Program-made: the position numbers and the translations under genes
Shown: positions 36,551 through 49,697 of the stretch, piece after piece
Layout: every line of letters starts with the position of its first letter
How positions within the stretch are numbered: the first letter of the stretch is position 1
Notes under the pieces: generated by a model
Seen by the model: only the letters and a program-made list of their open reading frames with translations
Told to the model about the DNA's origin: nothing
Databases searched by the model: none
Assembly (NCBI GenBank): GCA_951406725.2
Contig: OX597832.1
Coordinates: forward strand, 30,628,001-30,692,000
Reading direction: 5' to 3'
DNA: 64,000 bases
Source: Octopus vulgaris
Taxonomy: Eukaryota

Positions 36551-37644
36551 CCCTCTCTCTATCTACTTCTCTCTCTACCTATCTCTCCCTCTCTCTCCTC
36601 CTTTCTTCCTCTCCTCTCTCTCCCTCTCCACTTTCTCCCTGTATCTCTCTTCCCCTCTCTCTATCTATCTATCTCTCTCCCTCTCTCTCCTTCTCTCTGT
36701 CCCCCTTTCCCTCCTCTCTCCCTCCCTCCCACTACCCCCTCTCTCCCCCTCTCCGTCCCTTTTCTCCCTCTCTCTCTCCCTCCCCTTTCTCCCCCTCTCT
36801 CTCTATCTATCTATCTATCTCTCCCTCTCTCTCCATCTCCTTTCTCTATCTATCTATTTATCTATCTCCCCCTCTCCCTCTCTCATTACCCCCCCCGCCC
36901 CGTTTTAATCTCATTGACTACTTCTGATGGCTTGATACAAAACAGAGCCAAAATCAGTGCTAATTTCAAAAAAAGACAAGTATAAAAGGAACCAAGATAA
37001 CAGCAGGCAACGAGGTCAGAGGTGAGGGTGGCGGCAGTGACTAACCTCTACCAACAATGTCGTCAAAGACGATTAAGGGGAAAAACCTTTGCTGGGAATT
37101 TGAACAGACATAAATAAGGAAAAGGCAAAATGAACCAATAATGTTGTTGCATAAGGACACGGGATTTAAATGGGTGAATTAATTTTTGATGTACTTCCTT
37201 GTAACACACACACTCCTCTATGCTGACACACACACACACACACACACTCTTCTATGCTGACACACACACACACACACACACACACTCCTCTATGCTGACA
37301 CACACACACACACACACAAACACATACTCCTGTATGCTGACACACACACACACACAAACACATACTCCTCTATGCTCACATACACACACACACACATGCA
37401 CTCCTCTATGTGTCAAGCAGGATTTGACATGAATATATTTGTAATTAAAGAAATGTAACAAAAAACGACAAATTCGTTACAGGTGTGACAAGGAAACAGT
37501 CCAATAAAATAACTCCAGGACTCAACTAATATTCTCCTTTTTTTAGTTTCTTCCTTTTTATTTCTTATCTACATGTGTGAGGTTTTTGTTTCTTGTCTAC
37601 ATGTGGCATGTTTTCATTTCTTATCTACATGTGGCATGTTTTTA

Positions 37645-38370
37645 TGCTAAGGACATGCATAAACTCGCAAGGAATGAAGCCAGTATGCTCCGATAGATGT
37701 GTAATGTCAGTGTGCATACTCGACAGAGTGTTAGTAGCTCGAAAGAAAAGTTGGACTTAAGAAGCATTAGGTGTGGTGTGCAAGAGAGACGACTGCGCTG
37801 GTTTGGTCATGTGTTGTGAATGGACGAGGATAGCTGTGTGAAAAAGTGCCACACCCTAGCAGTTGAGGAAACCTGTGGAAGAGGTAGACCCAGGAAGATC
37901 TAGGATGAAGTGGTGAAGCATGACCTTCGAACTTTCGGCCTCACCAAGGAAATGACTAGCGACCGAGACTTTTGGAAATATGCTGTGCTTGAGAAGACCG
38001 GGCAAGCCAAATGAGACCATAACCTCATGGCCTATGCCAGGGGCGTTACCAGCCCACTTACGCATACCTTTCCTTCTTTGGTCACTAAACTCTGCTTGCG
38101 AAGACTTGTTGAGGCAAGTGAAATCAAAATCAAATTCGATGACTGGCATCCGTACTAGTGGGGTGCAAAGAGCACCATACGAGTGTAATCGTTGACAGAG
38201 TGGCTAACCGCTTTCCGTGCCAGTGGCACTTAAAAGGCACCATTCGAGTGTGATCATTACCAGCGTCGCCCTACTAGCACTTGTGCCTGTGCTAGTAGGG
38301 TGCCAAGTGCACCATCCGAGTATGATCATTGCCAGAGTGGCTAACTGGCTTCTGTGCCGGTGGCACATTG
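37645..38370 (+). mobile_element. RTE LINE 3' part (ORF C-terminus plus 3' UTR)
   Basis: Encodes DMHKLARNEASML...RRLRWFGHV...GRGRPRK; homologous to 40290-40870 in the opposite orientation. Confidence 0.85.
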
Positions 38371-38604
38371 GGCCACACAGAGGAAATGACGAAGACTGAG
38401 ACCTCTGAGATATGATGTGACAGTGAAGGCCTCGACAAATGAAGTGAGTCCATGGCTCGCAGTGAGTTCATGTTTTTTATAAAATTATTTTAGAATTTTC
38501 TACCTGGACTTTTTTCCCATATATATCAACTCGTATGTTCCTCTTCAAACTTCTATATATCTATATCTATATCTATATCTATATCTATCTATCTATATAT
38601 ATAT

Positions 38605-38760
38605 AGGGAGAGTTTACGAAAAAAACAAAAGACGAAGACAGGTGGTGTAGAAAACAAACAGATGTATTAGTATAACGCTCAGGAATAGAAAAAGTCTTTT
38701 TTGTTTCGAGCCTACGCTCTTCTACAGAAAGGGACACAGAAAAATACAAGGAGGGAAACA
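38605..38760 (-). mobile_element. Penelope-LTR-like repeat next to a (TA)n tract; inverted copy at 45135-45287
   Basis: Two copies in the window, both carrying a hammerhead-like CTGTAGA-A-GAGC(G/A)TAGGCTC-(G/A)AAAC motif. Confidence 0.6.
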
Positions 38761-39222
38761 ATGTAGTGGCTACCGATCTATCATGGCGTCTGACTCAGAC
38801 AGGAGGGTCATGAGTGCTTAAGCATGCCTGCAGTCAAATGACTAAAACAAGTAAAAGAATATATATATCATTATCATCATCATCATCATCATCGTTATTT
38901 AGTGTCTGCTTTCCAAGCTGGCATGGGTTGGACAGTTTGATTGGAGCTGGTAAAGTGGAGAGCCATATCAGGTTCCCATCTGGTTTGGCTTGGTTTCGAT
39001 GGCTGGATGCCCTTCCTAATGCCAACCACTCCAAAAGTGTAGTTGGTGCCTTTTATGCATCACTGACACAGGTGTCCTTCATGTGTCGCCAGAACTGGTG
39101 ACAACTATGGTTTCACTTGGCTTGACATATCTTCACAAGCAAATCACCAAAGTTCTTGGTCACTTGTCATCAATATTCAAAGACCATACTTCACCACCTC
39201 ATCCCACGTCTTCCTGATTCTA

Positions 39223-39273
<51 letters not shown>

Positions 39274-39398
39274 ATGATGATGATGATGATAGAGATGATA
39301 GTAGTTGTAGTTGTAGTAGTAGTAGTAGGGAATATAATTCCAAAACTTACAGGGAAAATTCAGTTTAACAATTTTAAATCAAATTTCACAATGTATAA

Positions 39399-39680
39399 TG
39401 TATGTATATAATTTAGAGAAAAACCTCCATTAAACAATTCAATAAAGAAAGATGTTATTCACACCATATAGAAAAAATATACTATAAAAAAAAACATTCT
39501 AAAAGTCAATAAAGTACAATAGTAAATAGTAGTAAAAAAAACTATTATTTACTATTTATTGTACTTTATTGATTTTTAGAATAAGGATTTTTTATAGTAT
39601 ATTTTTTCTATATGGTGTGAATAACATCTTTCTTTATTGAATTGTTTAATGGATGTTTTTCTCTAAATTATATACATACA
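39399..39680. repeat. AT-rich fold-back element
   Basis: Near-perfect inverted arms of about 130 bp around a short A-rich loop. Confidence 0.9.
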
Positions 39681-39702
39681 CACACACACACACACATATA
39701 TA

Positions 39703-41068
39703 TCATCATCATCGTCATCGTTTAATGTCTGCTCTCCATGCTGGCATGTGTTGGACGGTTTAACTGAGCGCTGCACCAGGCTCCAATCTGATCTGGCAAA
39801 GTTTCTATGGCTGGATGCCCTTCCTAATGCCAACCACTCTGAGAGTGTAGTGGGTGCTTTTGCCATGTCACTGGCACAAGGACCAGTCAGGTGGTACTAG
39901 CATCAACCACACTTGCTTGAATGGTGCTTTTTACTGGAGCCAGCAGCACTGGAGCCAGTCAGGCAGCACTGGAGCCAGTCAGGCAGCACTGGCAATGACC
40001 ATGCTTGAATGGTGCTTTTTACATGCTACCGGTATGGGACCAGTCAGCCGGCACTGACACCGACTACGCTCAAATGGTGCTCTTTATGTACCACTAGCAC
40101 AGGACCAGTCAAAATGCACTGGCAACGGCCATGCTCAAATGATGTTTTTAATATTCCACTGGCACAGGTGCCAATCAGGTGGTACTGTCATCGGCCACGA
40201 CAACAATTTCACTTGCCTCAACAGGTCTTTGCAAGCACAGTTTATCACCCAGTGATTGAAGGGTACTCTTAAATGGGCTGGTTATACAGCACTGGCATAG
40301 GCCATGGTTATGGTCTCACTAGGCTTGCCGGGTCTTCTCACACACTGCATATTTCCAAAGGTCTCAGTCACTTGTCATCACCTTGGTGAGGCCCAGTGTT
40401 CAAAGGTTGTCCCTCACCACCTCATCCCAGGTCATCCTGGGTCTACCTCTTCCACAAGTTCCCTCTATTGCTAGGGTGTGGCACTTTTTCACACAGCTAT
40501 CCTCATCCATTCTCGCCACATGACCATACCAACGCAATCGTCTCTCTTGCACACTACATCTAATGCTTCTTAGGTCCAACTTTTCTCTCAAGGTACCTAC
40601 ACTCTGTCGAGTATGCACACTGACATTACACATCCAGCAGATCATACTGGCTTCATTTCTTGCGAGCTTACGCATATCCTCAGCAGTCACGGCCCATGTT
40701 TTACTGATATGTAGCATGGCTGTTTGCACACATGTGTCATACAGTCTACCTTTTACTCTGAGTGAGAGGCACTTTGTCACCAGCAGAGGTAAGAGCTCTC
40801 TGAACTTTGCCCAGGCTATTCTTACTCTAGCAGCTACACTTTCAGAGTACCCCACCACTGCTACCAACTTGGTTACCTAGGTAACAGAAGCTATCAACTA
40901 CTTGTAGTCTTTTCCCTTGGAATATGACAGAAGCTGTTTTCTGCAGATTTTCAGTGTTTATTGCTCCTGAGCATCTGCCATATACAAAAACTATCTTCCC
41001 AGTTAGCCTTCCCTTAATATTGCTGCACCACTTATGTGTCCATAGCTCCATACATCTTATGGAGTTTC
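39703..41068 (-). mobile_element. 5'-truncated RTE-clade LINE: ORF C-terminus, 3' UTR tandem units and (ATG)n tail
   Basis: ORFs 40842..41051 (VDSFCYLG) and 40400..40867 (ARVRIAWAKFRELLPLL...RRLRWYGHVARM...GRGRPR) are typical RTE post-RT sequence. Confidence 0.9.
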
Positions 41069-42257
41069 TACTTATGCGTTATGTGTGTGTGTGTGTGTGT
41101 ATGTGTGTTTGTGTGTGTGTGTGTGTATTATGGGTTTCCACACAGTTTCTGGCTATGAAATTCATTCACAAGGCACTGGTCCACCCAGAGTTATAGGTGA
41201 AGATATTTGCTCAAGGAGCCATGCCATGGAACTGAGCCCAAAACAACACACCTGTGAAACAAGTCTCTTAATTGCATGGCCCTACCTTTGCCTATAACTA
41301 TCAATAATTCTGCAATAACCTCCAGATATTATAATTTCTCTCATGAAATCCTGTTATTCAAGCAGTTAGAATGCCTAGAACTCATTGCCAAGCTTTTGAT
41401 TTGTTATCCTTTATTTTATTTTATTTTTCTTTGTCTCCCTATAAGAGCATTGTATTTGAAATGTTAAAGATAATTAGTGATGTGAGCTAATTATTGAACC
41501 TTGTCTAAACATTCCCGTATTGATCCATTTTCCCCACCTTTTCATGCTTCAATGTGTGAGATATTGCATTTCCCTGCAGTTTAGTTTGTGTATAATGGAA
41601 GGTGGGGCTTTACTAAAAGGATTCTTATTCATATAATAGATCGGACAAAGAAAACAAAAATCATATTTTTTGTAATAACGATAATTTTTTTTGTATTACA
41701 GTTTGATTAAGCGTCATTAATTAAATAGATACCCTAACTTTAGAGGATTTACTGGTGACATACTCTCTTGGTGATTAATTGAGCTGCAATTTGTAAGGCT
41801 TTGAATATTGATTGATGATTTTGTTTGATGTCTCGGCTGATATCAAGTAATTCTTTTATCCTTATAAAGCGTCCATCCCATCTTGTGTACGAGCAAAGCT
41901 TATCAGGATAAACCATTTGCAATTAATTACAAGTAATGGTTGCATTGTTTTGGGTTTTTTTATGCAATTTTTTTTCCCATCTTTGTTTCTCTCAATAAAA
42001 TTTTTACTCAACAAAGTCTTGGTCAAATCAATGCCATGGCTGAAGAGTCAGCTAGTAAGTTGGTAGGGTCAACTCCTGGACACTACTGTCTCGAGTCCTA
42101 GCGTGTAAAGCAAAGTTGGCTTTAGCGGGACTTGAACTCTTGGCAATGTCATAGTTTCAGTTACATGGTGTATAAGTAAATAATCATGATCATTATATTC
42201 CTCCTGGATGGGATGCTAGTCCATTGCAGGTTTACTCATTTACAGCTGAGTGCACTG

Positions 42258-42530
<273 letters not shown>

Positions 42531-42944
42531 GTCCATCCTTTCTTTTTTCCTTTATCTATCTCTTCTTTAGAGTATCTCATTCTCCCTCTCACCTCTTTTC
42601 CTACCATTCTTTCTATCTTTTTCTTCTCCTTCTTCCTTCATAGCATACCTGAAGGGAGTGTCCCAACATGATTAGCAAAATGTATTAAGCAAGGTCTGTA
42701 CCTACATGCCTGGTCCAGTCATTTGTCATTTTTTTTTATGCCATTGAACAAACAGTCATCAAACTACAACACAGTTTACACAGTAGCAACTTACTTTCAA
42801 ATACCTACCAATCTCCTCAAGTCAACAACAGCTACTTACCTATCCACCTGTCTCCCTTACATTACCTGCCAATCTACCTGTCCACACACCTCACTTAACC
42901 CTAATAACTTACTCTGAGAGAAACTATGTCAGTCAGTAAAATAT

Positions 42945-42987
<43 letters not shown>

Positions 42988-44807
42988 AGAGAAGGAGAAA
43001 GTGAGAGAGAGAGATAGAGAGGGGGAGAGAAAGAGAAGTGAGAGAGAGAGAGTGGGGTGAAGAGACAAAAGAAGAGAGAGAGAAAAAGGAAATGGCAATT
43101 CTACCTTGACTTTTGGTTGGACATTCCCCAACACATACCTTTTCTCCCCCACTCCAAATATATCATCATCATCATCTATGACAACTCTAAAGTTGACATA
43201 TATATATATATATGTGTATGTATATACACACATATGTATATGAATGTATATATATATATATGGTATCTATATATATAATCAGTCATTAGTTCATAAATAA
43301 ATCTGAAAAGAGGCACACTTGAAAATACCTTAGAGCAGTAATGCTAAAAGGGTGGTTGGTCATGGCCGGTCAGGGAGTGACCACTGAATTTCCACCTATA
43401 AGGGTGTTCAAATAGTGTAGATGACTCATGTTTAATATGTGTTAAAAGTGTATAAATTAAATATTTTTTTAGATAATTTTATAATTTTTAAAATAATTTT
43501 ATTTTCATTCTTGTTCGATCCTGTCCAAGACAGCTTTTCTGTTATTTTCAATTTGGCAACGGTCATTTTCTCTACCTTTATCCCCAGGATGGACCAATAA
43601 GTTTTGCTGAACTTAAAGAAATCTTTCGGTTAGCAGTGCAGGAGATAACACCTGAAATGCTTCAGAACGTGTTTCACAACTGCTAAGAATAAATTTGAAA
43701 TTTGTAGGGAAACAGGTAGAGTGTGGTTGTGTGGTAAGACACTTGGTTCCCAGCCACATGGTTCTGGGTTCAGTTCCACTGTGTGGCACCTTGGGCAAGT
43801 GTCTTCTGCTATAGCCTCGGACCGACCAAAGCCTTGTGAGTGGATTTGGTAGATGGAAACTGAAAGAAGCCCGTCATATATGTGTATATTTGTGTGTCTG
43901 CGTTTGTCTCCACCAGCATTGCTTGACAAAAGAGACTGATAGAATAAGTACTGTTAGAATAAGTCCTGGGTCAATTTGTTTGACTAAAGGCAGTGCTCCA
44001 GCATGGCCACAAGTAAAAGAAAAAAAAGATTTATAAATCTATTTGTTTTGGTATCATAATAAAATAATAAACATGAAATTCTATCAGTTTTTTTTTTGTT
44101 TTAAATTTGCCCAATTTCATTGAAATAGGCAGTTAATTCTGGGACACCCTGTATATCCGAAGACATATGCTAATACAATGTCATCAAGGCAAACCGAAAT
44201 GGGTTAAATTCAAAGTGAACTAAAAAAACTATCTCTGATAGACGAACACAAACAAAAAGAACATTAAAAAGAAACATATTTTTAGAGAAGCCAGTTTAGT
44301 ATTTAACCTTTGATGATGTCAGCAGATAACGAACGAATAGAAAAAGAGACGGAGAAATTCTACATCATGACAACCAGTTATCTATCTAATAAACATTCTT
44401 CTGTTCTTTTACTTCTTTCAGTCATTTGACTGGTCATGCTGGAGCACCACGTTTAACCCTTTCGTTACCAATCCGGCTGAAACCACCTCTGGCTCTGTAC
44501 TACAAATGTCTTGTTTTCATAAGTTTTGAATTAAAATCTTAGTCACAATTTATGTTCCTAACTTAGTTATCATTCAGCTAATGTTAGGAACATAACACTA
44601 TATATATATATATATATATACCATCCCAAAAGCTGACATTATGACACATACATTTTTCAGCTGATATAGGTGGAGTCCAGTTGTTGTTGTTTTTAGTTGT
44701 AGTAATGGTATGTCTGCTTGTACAAATACCATTCGAGAGCTGCCGTACGGATCACCCTATCACCTAATGATCAAAGTAAAAGGCATTCATACACACACAT
44801 GTATATA

Positions 44808-44859
<52 letters not shown>

Positions 44860-44952
44860 ATTGCAGCACGTCAAAGGTGATTATAAGCCATTTAAAAACA
44901 CACAAAGACCGATTAGATTCACTAAGTGATAAATATCAATTTCTACCCTTAA

Positions 44953-45019
<67 letters not shown>

Positions 45020-45134
45020 ATCGGAAGGTGATTATAAGCCATTTAAAAACACACAAAGACCGATTAGATCATTAAGCGAATTATCATACACATATATATT
45101 TTATCTATATATATTTATTCTCACCCATTGTACA

Positions 45135-45287
45135 CATTTTTCTTGTGTGTCCCTTTCTGTAGAAGAGCATAGGCTCAAAACGTAAAAGACTTTTTCTATT
45201 CCTGAGCGTTATACTAATACATCTGTTTGTTTTGTACACCACCTGTCTTCGTCTTTTGTTTTTTTCCTAAACTCTCCCTATATATAT
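45135..45287 (+). mobile_element. Penelope-LTR-like repeat (copy 2)
   Basis: Reverse complement of 38605-38760, ending in CTCTCCC(TA)n. Confidence 0.6.
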
Positions 45288-45675
45288 AATGTTGATATGT
45301 CCATGTATTTTCTTTGGATGTTTACACTATCAGGGCTTTAACCCACATGGATTTATGCAGGATTGCACCTAAGGACTTATGGACTTATTTCTACAAGATC
45401 AGAAAGTTGAACTGTGAACTTTTATGCTTCTTTTTTCTTCTCTTTCTGGATCCCCTTATTCTTTTATTCCAGTCCTCTATGTCATCATTTCATTAATCTA
45501 GACCCTTCTCATTTTCCATATTTGTCTCCAATGATGAGATATCCCATATTCTAGGATATCCCAGAAACAGCTGTAAGACTTTGAATTTTTTTTCAATTAT
45601 AATAATAATGTATATGACTTGAGATGTTTGCCTTGCCTTAACGTTTGTTGTCCTCTTTAACAATTATATATCTGC

Positions 45676-45707
<32 letters not shown>

Positions 45708-45710
<3 letters not shown>

Positions 45711-46070
45711 GTCTGTGCAAGACCCTGCCTCAGTAAAGTTGGACTCAAGAGTCATCTTCGTAGTCATAAAGCAAAACAGATGAGTGATAACCTGGCCACT
45801 GGTGGTGGTGTTACACACCATACTAATCATATCTTTCGGGCATGTGGAAGAGGGTGAAATGCGGCAGGAGGACTTAAACGACATGCAAAGGTACATGAAG
45901 CCCAGTTACAACTACAGTCGGCTATTACTAATAAAGGTTTTAGTTGCCAGTTTTGTACAAGACATTGTAGATCTTTAGCTGGGCTAAAAAGTCACATTCG
46001 ATCACAGCACCAGTAACAGTTAAGCTTCGTGCAATGGCCATACTCGATAACGAGAGGGCAGCCATCATGT
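45708..46070 (+). mobile_element. Cassette encoding decayed C2H2-like zinc fingers (LINE C-terminus-like), embedded in (ATGT)n
   Basis: CARPCLSKVGLKSHLRSH...; homologous to 54322-54684 on the other strand. Confidence 0.7.
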
Positions 46071-46386
46071 ATGTTTGTATGTATGTATGTACATACGTAT
46101 GTATGTACATACGTATGTATGTCAGGTTGCTCTTGGGCGCTACTGGTAACATGTTACCCAGTACAACCCGTTGCATGGTTAGGTCATTGGCGACTAAACT
46201 CACAACCCTATCAAGCTTGCTTGTGAGGAGGGTGATTGTTGGGATAACAAAACCTGTCGAAGGGCGAAAGAGCTCGTGAGTAGTCAACAGGCATCCAACA
46301 ATATGTGTTCATGTATATGCATACATGTATGTAAGCATGGGGGATGTGGAGATTCCTGGGTTGGTATTTAGGCATGTGGTATTTAA

Positions 46387-46624
46387 GGCGGCATGCTGGC
46401 AGAATCGTTAGCACGCGGGGCGAAATGCTTAGCGGTATTTCGTCTGCCACTACGTTCTGAGTTCAAATTCCGCTGAAGTTGACTTTGCCTTTCATCCTTT
46501 TGGGGTCGATTAAATAAGTACCAGTTACGCACTGGGGTCGATATAATCGACTTAATCCGTTTGTCTCTCCTTGTTTGTCCTCTCTGTGTTTAGTCCCTTG
46601 TGGGTAGTAAAGAAATAGGTATTT
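46387..46624 (+). mobile_element. SINE family A, full monomer
   Basis: GCTGGCAGAATCGTTAGC...GAGTTCAAATTCC...GTAAAGAAATAGGTATTT. Confidence 0.85.
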
Positions 46625-46959
46625 AGGCATGTGGTTGACTCACTGGGGACAGGAGGCCCCTCTGTTGTTGTCACAACATCTGTCTAGGAGAAGGAAACTC
46701 TGAGAGAAAACCCGTGACATTGACAATATTTGATGATGTAGACTGGTTCTTCTTTTCAAGTTTATGTTGTCCATGTTCAAAGTGTGGGACTGGATTTGTG
46801 CAAATCCTTTCCCCACTACAAAAAATGATCCTGCACAGGCATTGCTTGAAAGAAGTAAAACCTATCACAAAAATGGTTGGCCGTAGCTTTTGTATTTGTG
46901 GGGCTTTCGATCAGGCAGTAGCAATTCTCGAACATGAGTTTTCAGCTATCACGTATGTA

Positions 46960-47525
46960 TTGGGTCGTCTGGAAAGTTTGTGCCGATTTATAGTAGCTTA
47001 CGTTTCGACTTATTTTAGAACATGGTTGAGTTCATAAAATAGGATTTTACTACACCTCCATTTAGAGCACAGTTTAAGCTATCTTTTTGTGGAAGAAGGT
47101 TTATGTTCCTATAACCTGTGTTAATTCTGTAAACCTTTGAAATGGAAGATAAGAAAGTTCATTTTAGGCTCTTGATGCTTTGGGAACCAGACAAAAATTG
47201 CTGCAGCTCGGCTGGGATGTGTTACCCCACCCTCCATATTCACCAGATATTGCTCCTTCGGATTTTCACTTATTTAGTTCTCTGCAGAATAGTCTTAATG
47301 GTAAAAATTTCAATTCCTTGGATGACGTAAAAAGATACCTTGATGAATTCTTTGCCATGAAACCACCTCAATTCTGGGAAGAGGGTATTTTCAAGTTAAA
47401 GGAAAGATGGAGACACATTGTGCAACAAAATGGTTCATATTTGGTTGATTAAAGATGTAATGGCAAGTATTTATTGACCTTTTTCTTTCCTTTAAAAATT
47501 GGCAAGAACTTTCCGGATGATCCAA
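46960..47525 (+). mobile_element. Internally deleted mariner transposon
   Basis: TA|TTGGGTCGTCTGGAAAGTTTGTGCCGATTT ... AAATTGGCAAGAACTTTCCGGATGATCCAA|TA; N-terminal MEDKKVHFR joined to C-terminal HPPYSPDIAPSDFHLF...NGSY. Confidence 0.92.
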
Positions 47526-47802
47526 TATGTATGTAACTATGTATGTATGAATACATAATTTTCTTAATTTTAACAATCAATTTTCCATGCTTCCATTTTC
47601 AGGCAGAAATCATTGAGGCAGATTTTTTTTGTCATTGGATGTCCTTCCTGTTTCAAAGCAAGATAATGATTCTCATGATCAGGCATCTTTCCCTAGAAGA
47701 TTGAAAATAATGGATACCTCTCGTGTAATGGTGATATTTATTTACATATCTCATGCAATGTCAACACACACACACAGGCACAGACATACTCACACACATA
47801 AA

Positions 47803-48121
47803 AGACTCCGCCGGTTACGACGACGAGGGTCCCAGCTGATACGATCAACGGAACAGCTTGCTCGTGAAATTAACGTGCAAATGGCTGAGCATTCCACAGA
47901 CACGTGTACCCTTAACGTAGTTCTCGGGGATAATCAGCGTGACACAGAGAGTGACAAGGCTGACCCTTTGAAATACAAGTACAACTCATTTTTGCCAGCT
48001 GAGTGGACTGGAGCAACGTGAAATAAAGTGTCTTGCTCAAGGACACAACGCGTCGCCGGGAATCGAACTCACAACCTTACGATCATGAGCCGAATGCCCT
48101 AACCACTAAGCCACGCGCCCT
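47803..48121 (-). mobile_element. SINE family C, well-preserved copy inserted in (CA)n
   Basis: Head GGGCGCGTGGCTTAGTGGTTAGG...GAGTTCGATTCCC; intact CpGs suggest a young copy. Confidence 0.85.
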
Positions 48122-49609
48122 CACTACTCACACACATACACACTAACACACACACACACATGCAGAGGTAGATAGATAATTAATGGTTGTATGTATGTTT
48201 ATATACGGATTCCACACATCAAACCCTACAAACAAGTTTAGACACACACACACACACACAACACACACTCAGCGCATGTGTATACATACCACCTCTTGCT
48301 CTGCACTTTACAAAGCAAATATATTAGAACCAGGAATAAAACCATTAGTTGTGTTGTCATAGCAACAAGACCACTGGACAGCAGGTAAGCACCACATTAA
48401 GTTACAGGTGATTGGTCAGCATGTGGTCAAGTGAGAATGAATGCCATTTATGACAGGTGTATTTTGAAGATGTAGGGAAGGATGTATAGGTATTGCTCAT
48501 ATTACAAGGAGGCTTTGGTCAATTTGGCATTAGGCTAATGTGGTCAAGTTGATGTGAGTATTATTTCTGTTACAGGTGAGTGGTGAAGCTAGTGTGAGTA
48601 GAAGAAGGGTTTAGAGCACCCAGTGACTAATAATGGTAATAATAATTTTTTCTTTATTAACCACAAGGGACAAATACATTACAAAAAGGAGCAATACAAA
48701 ACAAGGGCCAAGTGGGGCCTAGCACAAAAATACATGTTTACCATAAAGCAATAACAATCAACTACAAAAGTTTAATAATAAAATTCTCCAAAAGGAGTTA
48801 GTTCCATCATGGACCAACCAAGGAAACCCACACATCCTGGTCACCATTTAAAGGCACCTCTCTCCTTCTCAACCCGTCTAGCTTGCAAGCATATGTTCAG
48901 AGTAAACCCATTCACAAAGACCTGAGATTTTTAGGGAGGGTATAACTCAATTACATCGCTCCCCAGGCAAAGCTGAGTTCTGCCAAACTTAATATAATCC
49001 TAGGTTGAAGAAAAGGTTTATGTGCCATGTTAGAATAATGATTTTTTAAGCAAGAATTTATTCAAAAATGATAACGTTTCTTCAAAATAAAAGTCTATCA
49101 TTTCCCACAACCTTTCTGCCAACAATCTGCAAGCTTTTGGATTTGCTCAAATTCTTTGGCTTTGAATCGAAAAATTCTTGACAGGCTTCTTCAACTTCAT
49201 CAAATGACTCAAATCAACAACTTAGTGGCTGACGATATGTGCATCTCTGATCACGAGCAGAAGTAGTGGGGGGGAGTATCATGGCCATGTGTTGAGAGGG
49301 ATTCTTTGGGGTTTCGATAATTCACCTTTGGAAACATGGGTGGTTCGTTCAACATCCTTAAACAATCCTTATTCAGGGACCTTTTGAGCGGGATGGGCTA
49401 CTCGACCAGAAGAAAATTCTAACTGGGCCCCACCTGCAAGGTCATACACTATCTTGATATGAGATCACCATGTCACATACATATGGTTGTGATGCATGTG
49501 CCTGGTATACCCTTATCAGACGGGTATACTGGGCTTTGTATAGTTTACCCCACTGTCACTTTGATGACATGCACTGCTCGCTCACTCAATAATAATAATA
49601 ATAATAATG

Positions 49610-49696
<87 letters not shown>

Positions 49697-49697
<1 letters not shown>

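Noticed and set aside
43395-44156. Possible Tc1/mariner-type element ending in GGGACACCCTG|TA
   Set aside because: Only the right TIR is convincing and the left end is too degraded to define.
48050-48121. tRNA-Met-like sequence with a CAT triplet in the anticodon position
   Set aside because: It is the head of SINE family C. Other copies read CAC(A/G), the acceptor stem is poor, and it continues into the SINE body.
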